A DNA stretch of 64,000 nucleotides from Desulfurococcales archaeon (GTDB taxonomy: Archaea; Thermoproteota; Thermoprotei_A; Sulfolobales; NBVN01): the NCBI GenBank assembly GCA_015523295.1, contig WAKQ01000011.1, forward strand, positions 934 through 64,933. Direction: 5' to 3'. The translations under genes were made by a program, and so were the position numbers. Below, piece after piece: positions 36,613 to 45,496 of this stretch; the stretch's first letter is position 1, and each line of letters begins with the position of its first letter. The notes below the pieces were generated by a model. It saw only the letters and a list, made by a program, of their open reading frames with translations, ran no database searches and had not been told where the DNA came from.

Positions 36613-37485
36613 GTGGAGATTAAAAGTTTCCTTGATAGGATTAACGAGATAAAGGATTATGCAAGAATCATGAATTCCTTTATTGAGAGGGAAGGAGGAA
36701 ATTCGATCTTCACATATGCAGGGCCCTATATTTCCCCTGCACGTTTTTCCTCACTAGCTTTCACAACCCTCACTGGTCAACCCAGGGAGTGGATCCATCC
36801 TCAAGACCTCCTATATTATAGAGCTCCCTACGACGAGCATCAGGAGTCAAGCGTAATCGTTTTCACATCCTGTAATGGTATGAGCACCCTCAACCTTCTA
36901 ACAGATCAGTTGACCTGGACCGGTCACAGAATGCTGGTATTTGCCGAGTGCAAGCTCCCTCACGAAATTTCTCATAAGCTAAGGGATGAGGAAGTCGTGG
37001 AAGTTGGAGGTGGTCCCTGGCTTCTTACGACGCATATGCTATCAGCAATTGCAGCCTCCCTTAGCAAAGAGGCAAATAAAGTGAGGGCAGGGAAAGTGCT
37101 TAAGGAGTTAAGCACGCTCCCATCGATAATTGATGACTTGGTGAGGGAATATAATGCTAGGATTAAGGAATTACGTGACTTCCTTTCAAGTGGTCCTACA
37201 GTGGTGACGTGGACTCCTACAATGCATGGAGTTTACGAGGCCTTGAAAGGGAAATTAAGAGAGAGGATGTATCTACATCCCTGTTTTTTAGGGGAGGCTG
37301 AAGAAGCCTCGAAGGAAATAGGGAGGGTAGCGATATTCTCTACTGATGTTGAGGAATACTCAGTTAAGCCTGTTAAGTCACTATCACTTACTAGTAATGT
37401 CAAGGTGTTCGAGTTCAAGATCAGGACGGATCCTATTACAGCCCCAATATATGGGCTTCTCTTAATGAATTATATTGCTTTGTGA
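36613..37485 (+). CDS. Divergent SIS-fold protein (resembles crenarchaeal bifunctional PGI/PMI)
   Basis: VIVFTSCNGMSTLNLL is comparable to the SIS S-x-SG-x-T segment. HGVYEALKGKLRE is comparable to the RGVAYRVKNEFNE block of the Pyrobaculum PGI/PMI I recall. The canonical GxGGS segment is degenerate. Confidence 0.35.
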   Translation: MEIKSFLDRINEIKDYARIMNSFIEREGGNSIFTYAGPYISPARFSSLAFTTLTGQPREWIHPQDLLYYRAPYDEHQESSVIVFTSCNGMSTLNLLTDQLTWTGHRMLVFAECKLPHEISHKLRDEEVVEVGGGPWLLTTHMLSAIAASLSKEANKVRAGKVLKELSTLPSIIDDLVREYNARIKELRDFLSSGPTVVTWTPTMHGVYEALKGKLRERMYLHPCFLGEAEEASKEIGRVAIFSTDVEEYSVKPVKSLSLTSNVKVFEFKIRTDPITAPIYGLLLMNYIAL

Positions 37486-38197
37486 GGTGCTCCTATTGAG
37501 TCAAAGGAGAAATATATTCGTCATGGGTGCTTCAGGAAAGCTTGGTAGGTATATAGCTCTGCACTTTCTCAAAAGGAATTATGAGGTCATTGCACAGTGT
37601 AGAACAAGGTGTGATGAATTAGAGAGAATGTTACAGGGAAGGGGCGTTTACCATCTAATAAAGCATGATTTCCTCTCAGGCGATCTTAATGATTTCATTG
37701 AAAGGGTAGGTAGTATCTCCCAGTCATTGGATGCATCTATTCTAGTAGAGCCTGTCTTCCATCAGATGACGGAAAAGAAAGATCTGGAAGAGTGTTGGAA
37801 AGTGATTAAGGTGAATCTTGCAATACCCCTAACATTATTGCATCAGCTATATCCGTTAATGAGACCTAAGGGTACCGTAGTCTTTCTTAGTGACCTCCTC
37901 CCTGTGGGGGGACTAAATGTTTATCACTCTTTATTCCCTTCCCTTGCACAGCTAGCTTCATCTTCAGGGATTCATGCCTTAGTTAGGGAGGCGCCAAAAG
38001 TGTTTAAGGATAGACTGCGTGTCTTCGGTATTGCCCTGGGCTGGATAAATATTGATGATTCTGAAGCGGCTTTAAAGGTGGTGCCAATGCAGAGGGCTGG
38101 CCGCCTGGAAGAGCTGATTGAGGTTCTGACCTACCTAGTGGAGAAGGCACCAGATTACATGAGTGGGTCCTTAATCCTTCTTTCAGGTGGGCTGTAA
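37475..38197 (+). CDS. Short-chain dehydrogenase/reductase-like Rossmann protein (atypical)
   Basis: N-terminal IFVMGASGKLGRYIA is a dinucleotide-binding motif. I could not locate a clear YxxxK catalytic motif. Confidence 0.55.
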   Translation: MLCEVLLLSQRRNIFVMGASGKLGRYIALHFLKRNYEVIAQCRTRCDELERMLQGRGVYHLIKHDFLSGDLNDFIERVGSISQSLDASILVEPVFHQMTEKKDLEECWKVIKVNLAIPLTLLHQLYPLMRPKGTVVFLSDLLPVGGLNVYHSLFPSLAQLASSSGIHALVREAPKVFKDRLRVFGIALGWINIDDSEAALKVVPMQRAGRLEELIEVLTYLVEKAPDYMSGSLILLSGGL

Positions 38198-38198
38198 G

Positions 38199-38248
38199 TC
38201 AGCCGCGGGTTCAAAGATCATTGAATCACCCCTTGTAAGCATCATCAT
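38199..38248 (-). ncRNA. C/D-box sRNA candidate
   Basis: The minus strand reads ATGATGA-tgcttacaaggg(12)-GTGA-ttca-ATGATCT-ttgaacccgcgg(12)-CTGA, with exact 12-nt spacers and a length of 50 nt. It lies in the 106-bp gap after the SDR gene. Confidence 0.55.
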
Positions 38249-38303
38249 CCCCTCACGTTTTTATATTAGGACACCCTAATTAACTTGAATAGTAAGTTAA
38301 CCT

Positions 38304-39062
38304 GTGGTGAGCACTACGGAAATTGCTGAAGGTATCGAAATCATTGAGGATCTCCCTGCTGTATATATTAGGGAGTATAAAGCCGCGATCATAGCTGACA
38401 CTCACTTAGGTTTCGAGGAGGAGATGGCGGAGAAGAACGTATTGATCCCTCCATTTCAGCTGACCCGCATTCTTAACATTATTGAGAGAGTCGTTAATGC
38501 TGTAAATCCAGAGCTCTTTATCATTGCAGGGGATTTTAAACACAGGTTCAACACACTTGGTAATGTTGAGAGGAGGGAGATTGCTGAGGTGCTGACTTAC
38601 CTTCTTCCCAGAGTCGATGAGGTAATCGTTGTGAGAGGTAACCACGACAACTACCTGAGCTACATGCTGAGGCGCTTCCCCTTTAAGCTTGTGGACCATA
38701 TTAAGTTGGGAAAATACCTAATAGTTCACGGGCATAAGGAGCCACCTCAAGATGTCGGTGATTGGGATACAGTGATCTTCGGTCATGAACATCCAAGTAT
38801 AACCGTAAGAGATTCCATAGGTACCGTAGGTAAGTATCCGTGCTTCCTAAAAGGAAAGCTTAAAAACAGCAAGACTTTCTTAACTCTTCCAGCTTCAGGC
38901 ATATATCAGACGGGGTCAAGAGTCTCCCTTAGGAGGGACGATTACCTTTCACCGATACTTAAGGATTTTGCTGTGCTTGAGGAGGTAGTGCCTGTAATAG
39001 TCGACGAAGAGGTAGGCACGCTAGAGCTGCCTCCCCTCTCAGCCCTAGCAGATTTAATTTAA
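38304..39062 (+). CDS. Calcineurin-like metallophosphoesterase (COG1407 type)
   Basis: Metallophosphoesterase motifs are present in order: IIADTHLG (DxH), IIAGDFKH (GD), VRGNHDN (GNHD), VHGH and GHEH. Confidence 0.75.
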   Translation: MVSTTEIAEGIEIIEDLPAVYIREYKAAIIADTHLGFEEEMAEKNVLIPPFQLTRILNIIERVVNAVNPELFIIAGDFKHRFNTLGNVERREIAEVLTYLLPRVDEVIVVRGNHDNYLSYMLRRFPFKLVDHIKLGKYLIVHGHKEPPQDVGDWDTVIFGHEHPSITVRDSIGTVGKYPCFLKGKLKNSKTFLTLPASGIYQTGSRVSLRRDDYLSPILKDFAVLEEVVPVIVDEEVGTLELPPLSALADLI

Positions 39063-39130
39063 TGAGAAGGACTCTAGATAATGTTCTCAAAGCCGCTGAG
39101 TCCCGTGAGAATGGATTTAGGAATACATCA

Positions 39131-39138
39131 TTTAAAAA
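39131..39138 (+). promoter_or_regulatory. TATA-box candidate for tbp
   Basis: TTTAAAAA lies 31-38 nt upstream of the GTG start at 39169. Confidence 0.4.
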
Positions 39139-39168
39139 CCCATCCCTACCGATTTAAAGGGGATTTAA

Positions 39169-39744
39169 GTGGAAATTAAGCCTGTCACTAAAATCGAGAA
39201 CATTGTCGCCACGGTAACCCTCGATCAAACTCTTGATCTCAACGCAATTGCAAGATCAGTTCCTAATATAGAATATGATCCTGAAGAATTTCCCGGCCTG
39301 ATTTTAAGATTAGATAAACCAAGATTAACTGCATTAGTATTTAACTCAGGTAAGATGGTGGTAACGGGTGCGAAGAGCACTGACCAACTAATAAAGGGGT
39401 TCAAGAAAATAATCAGGACATTCGTAAGATATGGTATAGTGATTGTGGGCAAGCCTAAGATTCAGATTCAGAATATTGTTGCATCCGCGAACCTGAACGT
39501 TGAGGTAGATCTAGAGAAGGCAGCATTCCTTCTCCCTAACACCATGTACGAGCCTGAGCAGTTTCCGGGACTTATTCACCGAAGTGACGATCCTAAGGTC
39601 GTCATACTGCTCTTCAGTAGTGGTAAGATGGTTATCACTGGAGCCAAAAGCGAGGAAGACGTCGAACGGGCAGTCATAAACATCTATAAGAAGCTTAAGG
39701 AATTGGATTGCATACGGGAAATAAGCTCGGGAAGCGTGTGGTAG
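39169..39744 (+). CDS. tbp: TATA-box binding protein
   Basis: Two direct repeats are present: [20 protein letters not shown]...[10 protein letters not shown]...[11 protein letters not shown], and [20 protein letters not shown]...[10 protein letters not shown]...[11 protein letters not shown]. Confidence 0.92.
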   Translation: MEIKPVTKIENIVATVTLDQTLDLNAIARSVPNIEYDPEEFPGLILRLDKPRLTALVFNSGKMVVTGAKSTDQLIKGFKKIIRTFVRYGIVIVGKPKIQIQNIVASANLNVEVDLEKAAFLLPNTMYEPEQFPGLIHRSDDPKVVILLFSSGKMVITGAKSEEDVERAVINIYKKLKELDCIREISSGSVW

Positions 39745-39768
39745 ACAATATACTGAAATTAAGATTCG

Positions 39769-39773
39769 TTTTT
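39769..39773 (+). terminator. Oligo-T tract downstream of tbp
   Basis: A T5 run lies 25 nt after the tbp stop. Archaeal intrinsic termination typically uses T-runs. Confidence 0.3.
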
Positions 39774-39830
39774 AACAGCTAGATATTGTAAATGAATTAT
39801 CATTGGCGTAACATAAAATTTAATGCGTTA

Positions 39831-39886
39831 TCAGTGTGAACTGTGGTCTTCATCCCTTCAAGGTCTAAGGCTGCCCACATCATCAT
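39831..39886 (-). ncRNA. C/D-box sRNA candidate (weaker)
   Basis: The minus strand reads ATGATGA-tgtgggcagcct(12)-TAGA-ccttgaaggg-ATGAAGA-ccacagttcaca(12)-CTGA. The C and D boxes are canonical with 12-nt spacers. D' and C' each carry one mismatch. It is 56 nt and lies in a 196-bp gap. Confidence 0.4.
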
Positions 39887-39940
39887 CTGATCATGATCGG
39901 GTTTAACAGTATATAAGTCGATACATTGCTTTCAATACCT

Positions 39941-40183
39941 CTACTTGGGGACGTGCCTCTTTGCATAAGAATATGCAAACCTGTATAGGTTAGCCCTCAT
40001 AATAACAGCGAAGCTAACAATCACTAAAACAAGCGATATTATGAGCAACCAGATAGAGGAGAGCTTCATACCCAGCAACATTAAAATCATCGCGACACCT
40101 ATGATAGCCAATGCGGATAGATAAAGGCGTCTATATGCTCTTCTAATCTCTCCAAGCTCTCTTTCTTCAAGGCTTTCATGCAA
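39941..40183 (-). CDS. Hypothetical small membrane protein (2 predicted TM helices)
   Basis: There are two long hydrophobic stretches (LSALAIIGVAMILMLLG and IWLLIISLVLVIVSFAVIM). No family was recognised. Confidence 0.35.
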   Translation of the reverse strand: MHESLEERELGEIRRAYRRLYLSALAIIGVAMILMLLGMKLSSIWLLIISLVLVIVSFAVIMRANLYRFAYSYAKRHVPK

Positions 40184-40265
40184 GGTATGACCTGAAGTGT
40201 AAATAGAACAACCTTATTTATGTATTTTCAGAGGTATTACGAGCGTTTTCTGGGGTGCAGTTAGA

Positions 40266-41099
40266 GTGAAGAAAAAAGCGAAGAAAGCAAGAACAAAGGA
40301 AACTTCTGGCAGGAAGCTACGCCTTACTGGCATCTTTCTAGTGGTAGTAGGCATTACTATTTTAGCCATCAGTGCTTTAGGAATACCTGTCTACACTGTG
40401 AACCTCACTGAACCACCTCAAATTTCAGAGGAGGGGCATGCTATACTTTCGATATATGTCCCCTATATACATTTCAAAGGATCAGCCAGCTACCTTAAGA
40501 TGAATGTGAGTAAGGTGGAAATAGGTATTGAGATCAATGGCACCGAATACAAAGAATTGACTGAGGTACCCCTTATATCCAACAAAACTTTAGAGATTGA
40601 TAAATCAGTGAAGTTTGAGCTAGTGAACCCCAGGCTTGTGAGGATAGGTATTTGGGACAACATAACTAATCAATCTCTCACCTGCTGCGTGCTGGCAGGA
40701 ATTCCTAAGGAATCAGCTGTTAGGTTCAGTAACTTTCTCTACGATCTCCCGTTGAACGTCTTCATGATATATCATAGGTTGGTTGTTCGTTTCCATCTAC
40801 CATATAAAGTGTCTGCAAATGTGATTTTAAGGCTAGGAAATACCTCAAGGATGAGAAGCTTAGGCTCGTTCAGTGGTGTGAAAACCTATATAGTTGATGA
40901 GGAGTTCACTAATGCACGGCTTGAGTTATACCTTCTTAGAGGACCTATAAAATTAAGGTTTGTTAATCAATCCACTGCAGCATTATTTCTTTCAGATAAT
41001 CCCCTCTTAACTTATTCTTCGGCAGGCATCCTAATACTTAGTGGAATAACTTTAGCTTTAGCTAGTAAGAGAATATTAAAAATGTTGAAAGGTAGATAA
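40266..41099 (+). CDS. Hypothetical membrane-anchored protein (N- and C-terminal TM segments)
   Basis: A Lys-rich N-terminus is followed by a TM segment (LTGIFLVVVGITILAISALGI), then a beta-rich middle with several N-x-S/T sequons, then a C-terminal TM segment (AGILILSGITLALA). No family was recognised. Confidence 0.4.
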   Translation: MKKKAKKARTKETSGRKLRLTGIFLVVVGITILAISALGIPVYTVNLTEPPQISEEGHAILSIYVPYIHFKGSASYLKMNVSKVEIGIEINGTEYKELTEVPLISNKTLEIDKSVKFELVNPRLVRIGIWDNITNQSLTCCVLAGIPKESAVRFSNFLYDLPLNVFMIYHRLVVRFHLPYKVSANVILRLGNTSRMRSLGSFSGVKTYIVDEEFTNARLELYLLRGPIKLRFVNQSTAALFLSDNPLLTYSSAGILILSGITLALASKRILKMLKGR

Positions 41100-41219
41100 A
41101 TAATTATCTTCTGCGATGAATAATTTTTAACTACTTTAGGTTATTCTCAGATTATATTACTAGGTTACTGGGCTTTGGTTTTGGGAAGATTTAAAAATCA
41201 ACATTACAGTTTTTAATAT

Positions 41220-44183
41220 GTGGTGAAATCTGTGAGGAACTTAAGTAAAACATTAGCTATATCACTACTTGTGATCGTTGCCCTCGGGGTGCTCGTGGGC
41301 TACGCCATAAGCGCTCCAGTAGCTAAGGCAGAGGAGAAGGGGCCTGCAACGGATCACCTAATATATAAGGCCGTGCCTCTCGACAATGTACCTGAAGCTA
41401 TAGGGAAGACAATAGATGCGTATATCTTCGGCCTAAGATCATCGCAGATTAAGGCTTTACAGGGCAAAAGCGGTGTTACAATCTATACAGCACCTGCAGG
41501 GATCACTGACTTCCTGTTGAACCCTGCACCTGTCTACACAACAACCTTGGATGGCGTCCTTTCGAAGGACCAGGCAGCTGCCAAGCTTGGCGTACCTGCC
41601 GCAGCAATAACATATATTGAAGTTAATCAGACAAGCAAGAAGACTTATGTAGAGTTAGGTGCGTATCCAGGCAAAGGCATTAATCCATTCGCCTTCCAGC
41701 CAATAAGGTTCGCGATTAACTACCTGATAGACAGAAACTACATTGTGAACAACATATATGGTGGTTATGCGGCAGCAATGTATGCGCCTTACTCCTACTA
41801 TGACCCAATGTACTCTGTAGTGGCTGACATTGTAGCTAAATATAAGTTCGAGTATTCTCCTGCGCAGGCAAATGAAATAATTTCGAAGGTGCTCACTGCT
41901 GTTGGTGCAAAGAACCAGAACGGCATGTGGTACTATGATGGCAAACCCATAACTATTAAGTTCATTATCAGAACAGAGGACGAGAGAAAAGACCTCGGTG
42001 ATATGCTCGCAACAGCTCTGGATAAGTTAGGGTTCACTGTAAATAGAATGTATATGACATTCGGCGAGGCAATAACTAAGGTTTACTTCACCAATCCTAC
42101 GGACTTAGAATGGCAGATATATACTGAAGGCTGGGGTAAAGGAGGATTAACTAAGTGGGATCCTTACACCTTAGCACAGTTCACGGCTCCATGGTATGGT
42201 TGGATGCCCGGTATACAGCAGCCCGGCTGGTGGCAATACAAGAACGCCACCTTAGATAACTACACTAAGGCTCTGGTATTGGGTAAGTTCAAGAGCAAGG
42301 ACGAGTTCATTGACCTGACAAGAAAAGCCATGGAAATAGCTCTGCAGGAATCAGTTAGAGTGTGGATAGCTACCACGATGGACGGCTTCCCAGCAGTGTC
42401 AGACCTAAAGGGAGTTACAGGTGACCTAGGAGCTGGTTTAAGATCAATATATAACGCTAGAGAATGGTACATTCCAGGTAAGGACACCCTTACCATAGGC
42501 CACCTACACATTTGGACCGCTAGGACCGTGTGGAACATATTCGGCGGGTTCTCCGACGTATATAGTGTCGACATAGAGAGGCAGACATATGATCCATTTG
42601 ACTGGACCAACCCATTCAACGGCGAGCCGATACCCTTCAGGGTAACCTGGACTGTGAAGACGGCTGGGCCAACAGGTAAGATGACAGTACCCACCGACGC
42701 GATCATATGGAACGCTACAGAGGACAAATGGGTTAATGTCTCCTCAGGAACTAAAGCTACAAGCGAAGTAATCTTCGACTTAAGCAAGCTTGTAGGCACG
42801 AAATGGCATGACAATATAACTATAACATGTGCGGATGTGCTCGCAACCTGGGCTGAGTGGTTCGAAATAACTTACGACCCGCAGAAGTCGCAGATCGAGG
42901 GATCAATAGCTTCAACAGCGAAGCCCACACTAGACCTGATTAAAGGCTTGCAGATACTTCCAGGGCATAAACTTGCGGTATATCTGGACTTCTGGCACTT
43001 CGACCCCAACTACATAGCTGATATGGCTGTCATGAACGTTGTTAACCCAGCCGGCCTCATACTAGCTCAGGACTACTTAGTGTTCACAAAGCAGACATAC
43101 GCTTTCAGCGACTCCAGATCTGAGGAGGCTAAGATACCGCAGCTCAGCTTAGTATTACCAGATCATGCAGCAGCAATCGAGGATGTAGTGAAGAACTGGT
43201 TAAGCAGCGGTTACTTCCCAGCGAATGTGTTCACTGTAAACGGGAAGTTACTGATGAGCAAATCTGAGTGGACACAGAGACTCAACGCTATTGTTAAGTG
43301 GATCGATACCTACCACAATGCTTGGATAAGTGACGGTCCCTATAAGCTAGTGAAGTTCGATAAAGATCAGCAGGTAGCTGAGCTCGAAGCCTTCAGGGAT
43401 CCGACATATCCGTTCACTCCCGGCACTTGGTACTTCGGCATGCCTAAGCCTGTAAAGATAACCAACGTATTCGTGCCTGTGATATCTCCAGGAGATGCAG
43501 CAACAGCAGTGGTCTCGGTAACTGGAGAGCCGCCTATCCATGTGAAGTATATACTGAGGGACCCGATAAAGAACAAGATAATAGCCACTGGAGATGCTGT
43601 GCAATCGTCTCCAACCAGCTTCACTATTCAGTTCACTCCAGACATAACTTCCAAATTATCAGAGTACAGTGCCTATGAGTTGACGGTGCTTGCCTTTAGC
43701 GACAAGGTAGCAATGCCAGACCAGGTAGTTACCAGCCTTACCACAGGGGCGGCTTTAAGCAAGAAGTTAGGTGAAATATCATCGAGTGTATCAAGCCAGA
43801 TATCCAATGTGACAAGCCAGATAAATAGCATAACGAGTCAGATAAACAGCATAACAAGCCAGATAGGCACACTATCAGGTCAGCTTCAGAGTGTTGGACA
43901 GCTAGCAACACAGATAGGTAAGCTGGCGACCGCCATAGGAACGCTTGGAAACACCATGCAGACATTGCAGAGTACTGAATCCGCACTAGCCTCTAAGGTT
44001 GACAGCGTAAATAATGCAGTTCAGAACTTACAGACAACGCAGTCCACCCTATCTACTCAGCTAACTACAGCTACTAAATCCGTGGAGTCCCTGTCGAATG
44101 GACTGGCATTAGTCGAGGGCCTACTAGTGTTAACTATTATACTGCAGATAGTTGCAATATATCTAGTGTATAAGAAGAAGTGA
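41220..44183 (+). CDS. ABC transporter substrate-binding protein (family 5, Opp/Dpp type) with C-terminal coiled-coil stalk and TM anchor
   Basis: An N-terminal signal or anchor (LAISLLVIVALGVLVGYAI) precedes a large SBP-5-like body and about 150 aa of Q/S/T-rich heptad repeats. The protein ends in a TM segment (LLVLTIILQIVAIYLVYKKK). Matching permease and ATPase genes follow it. Confidence 0.8.
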   Translation: MVKSVRNLSKTLAISLLVIVALGVLVGYAISAPVAKAEEKGPATDHLIYKAVPLDNVPEAIGKTIDAYIFGLRSSQIKALQGKSGVTIYTAPAGITDFLLNPAPVYTTTLDGVLSKDQAAAKLGVPAAAITYIEVNQTSKKTYVELGAYPGKGINPFAFQPIRFAINYLIDRNYIVNNIYGGYAAAMYAPYSYYDPMYSVVADIVAKYKFEYSPAQANEIISKVLTAVGAKNQNGMWYYDGKPITIKFIIRTEDERKDLGDMLATALDKLGFTVNRMYMTFGEAITKVYFTNPTDLEWQIYTEGWGKGGLTKWDPYTLAQFTAPWYGWMPGIQQPGWWQYKNATLDNYTKALVLGKFKSKDEFIDLTRKAMEIALQESVRVWIATTMDGFPAVSDLKGVTGDLGAGLRSIYNAREWYIPGKDTLTIGHLHIWTARTVWNIFGGFSDVYSVDIERQTYDPFDWTNPFNGEPIPFRVTWTVKTAGPTGKMTVPTDAIIWNATEDKWVNVSSGTKATSEVIFDLSKLVGTKWHDNITITCADVLATWAEWFEITYDPQKSQIEGSIASTAKPTLDLIKGLQILPGHKLAVYLDFWHFDPNYIADMAVMNVVNPAGLILAQDYLVFTKQTYAFSDSRSEEAKIPQLSLVLPDHAAAIEDVVKNWLSSGYFPANVFTVNGKLLMSKSEWTQRLNAIVKWIDTYHNAWISDGPYKLVKFDKDQQVAELEAFRDPTYPFTPGTWYFGMPKPVKITNVFVPVISPGDAATAVVSVTGEPPIHVKYILRDPIKNKIIATGDAVQSSPTSFTIQFTPDITSKLSEYSAYELTVLAFSDKVAMPDQVVTSLTTGAALSKKLGEISSSVSSQISNVTSQINSITSQINSITSQIGTLSGQLQSVGQLATQIGKLATAIGTLGNTMQTLQSTESALASKVDSVNNAVQNLQTTQSTLSTQLTTATKSVESLSNGLALVEGLLVLTIILQIVAIYLVYKKK
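43794..43877 (+). repeat. Four tandem 21-bp units encoding SQI(S/N)(N/S)(V/I)T heptads
   Basis: Units of the form agccagata-nnnagcataac-n start at 43794, 43815, 43836 and 43857. Degenerate heptads continue to about 44090. Confidence 0.85.
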
Positions 44184-44208
44184 TCATATTCAAACTAAAA
44201 CAAAATTA

Positions 44209-44268
44209 TTTTTCATTAGGATCTGCCTAAAACGCTTCTGGCTATTCGTTTTCTGTTTAGCTGTTTTT
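44209..44268 (+). terminator. T-rich region downstream of the SBP gene (T5 at 44209-44213 and 44264-44268)
   Basis: Two T5 runs lie in the 216-bp AT-rich spacer between the SBP and permease genes. Confidence 0.3.
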
Positions 44269-44399
44269 AATTCATCACTTGAGGGTTGCTCATAAATTCT
44301 TTTAAATAATAGATTAGGTATTTTCGATTATTTAGTTGTTGAAACCTCAAACCTTATAAGGAATCCCTACAACTGAGTTTTGGATAAATTCACCATTAG

Positions 44400-45485
44400 G
44401 TGGGTGTCATGGGCTTGGGGACTGTTCTGACTAGAAGGGCTATAGCATTGACATTTGCGTTAATTGTCGTTGTTCTGCTCACGGTATTGATAATAGGGGC
44501 GACAGGATATGATGCGACTATCTGGAAAGCCATCATTAACGAGCAAGTAAGGGCTTATCAAGCTACCTTGGTTCAAAAGCAAGCTACTGCCGCACAGGTT
44601 CAGCAGCTCGTGGCCCAGTATAGAAATAAGCTCATACACCTCTATGGCCTAGATAAACCATGGTATGTTCGAATGGAACCCCTACTGATTAACACCTTAA
44701 CGTTTAATCTTGGATTGTCCAATAGCCATGATGTTGCAGATGTAGCAGGGGTTCCTTACCCAGTCCCTGTAGGTACGGCGATCATGTTATGTCTTCCAAG
44801 AACCATCATAATGATCACTATTGCACAGCTTATCTGTGCAGTGGTGGCGCTTTACATAGGTCCTTACATAGCGTATAAGAGGGGGACCTTATTTGATAGG
44901 GCAATAGTCAGTTATGCAGCACTAACTAACGCTATCCCCGTATGGTGGCTGGGCATGATCTTCATCTATTTCTTCGGATTTATAATGGGGTGGTTTCCAA
45001 CAGATTATAGGGCAGTGGTTTACTACATAAATCATTTTATGGATGATCCAGTAACCAGCACTCAATATATTCTCTGGTATGCGTCCCTCCCAATAATCAC
45101 TATAGTGATCGCGTTCCTTGGTTCATGGCTCTATAGTGTGAGAGCAATGGTTTTAAGGGTTGTTAGGGAGGACTATATCAACGCTGCAAGGGCTAAGGGA
45201 TTGCCAGAAAGCGTTGTTGTGTCAAAACATGTTCTAAGAGCGGCTTCACCCCCCGTAGTCACTAGCGTCATTCTATCACTCGCTGGGTCATTAGGAGGAT
45301 ATATTATTACTGAGTCTATATTTGATTGGCCTGGTATGGGCACCCTCTATTGGGTTGCTATAACATCAGCTGACGTCCCCACGATCCTTGGGTTGACTTA
45401 TATGTTCACTTTGATCTACATACTAGCTAGGTTCACATTAGAGATTCTTTACATTTACCTCGATCCGAGAGTTAGGTACTCATGA
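44400..45485 (+). CDS. ABC transporter permease (OppB/DppB-like)
   Basis: Multi-TM protein with an EAA-type loop, INAARAKGLPESVVVSKHVLRAASPPV. Confidence 0.85.
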   Translation: MGVMGLGTVLTRRAIALTFALIVVVLLTVLIIGATGYDATIWKAIINEQVRAYQATLVQKQATAAQVQQLVAQYRNKLIHLYGLDKPWYVRMEPLLINTLTFNLGLSNSHDVADVAGVPYPVPVGTAIMLCLPRTIIMITIAQLICAVVALYIGPYIAYKRGTLFDRAIVSYAALTNAIPVWWLGMIFIYFFGFIMGWFPTDYRAVVYYINHFMDDPVTSTQYILWYASLPIITIVIAFLGSWLYSVRAMVLRVVREDYINAARAKGLPESVVVSKHVLRAASPPVVTSVILSLAGSLGGYIITESIFDWPGMGTLYWVAITSADVPTILGLTYMFTLIYILARFTLEILYIYLDPRVRYS

Positions 45486-45496
45486 GGTGAAGATCC

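Noticed and set aside
42260-42814. 184-aa antisense ORF inside the SBP gene. Similar long antisense ORFs lie at 6876-7328, 13443-13772, 17351-17803, 46540-47019 and 47929-48291.
   Set aside because: Each lies fully within a confidently assigned gene on the other strand. Their composition is low-complexity or Ser/Leu/Pro-rich, and they show no motif or promoter context. They are typical shadow ORFs.
43794-43877. Tandem 21-bp repeats as a possible CRISPR or mini-satellite
   Set aside because: The units are contiguous with no spacers, in frame, and encode heptads within a long ORF. This is a coding repeat, not a CRISPR array. I saw no CRISPR-like repeat-spacer structure anywhere in the window.
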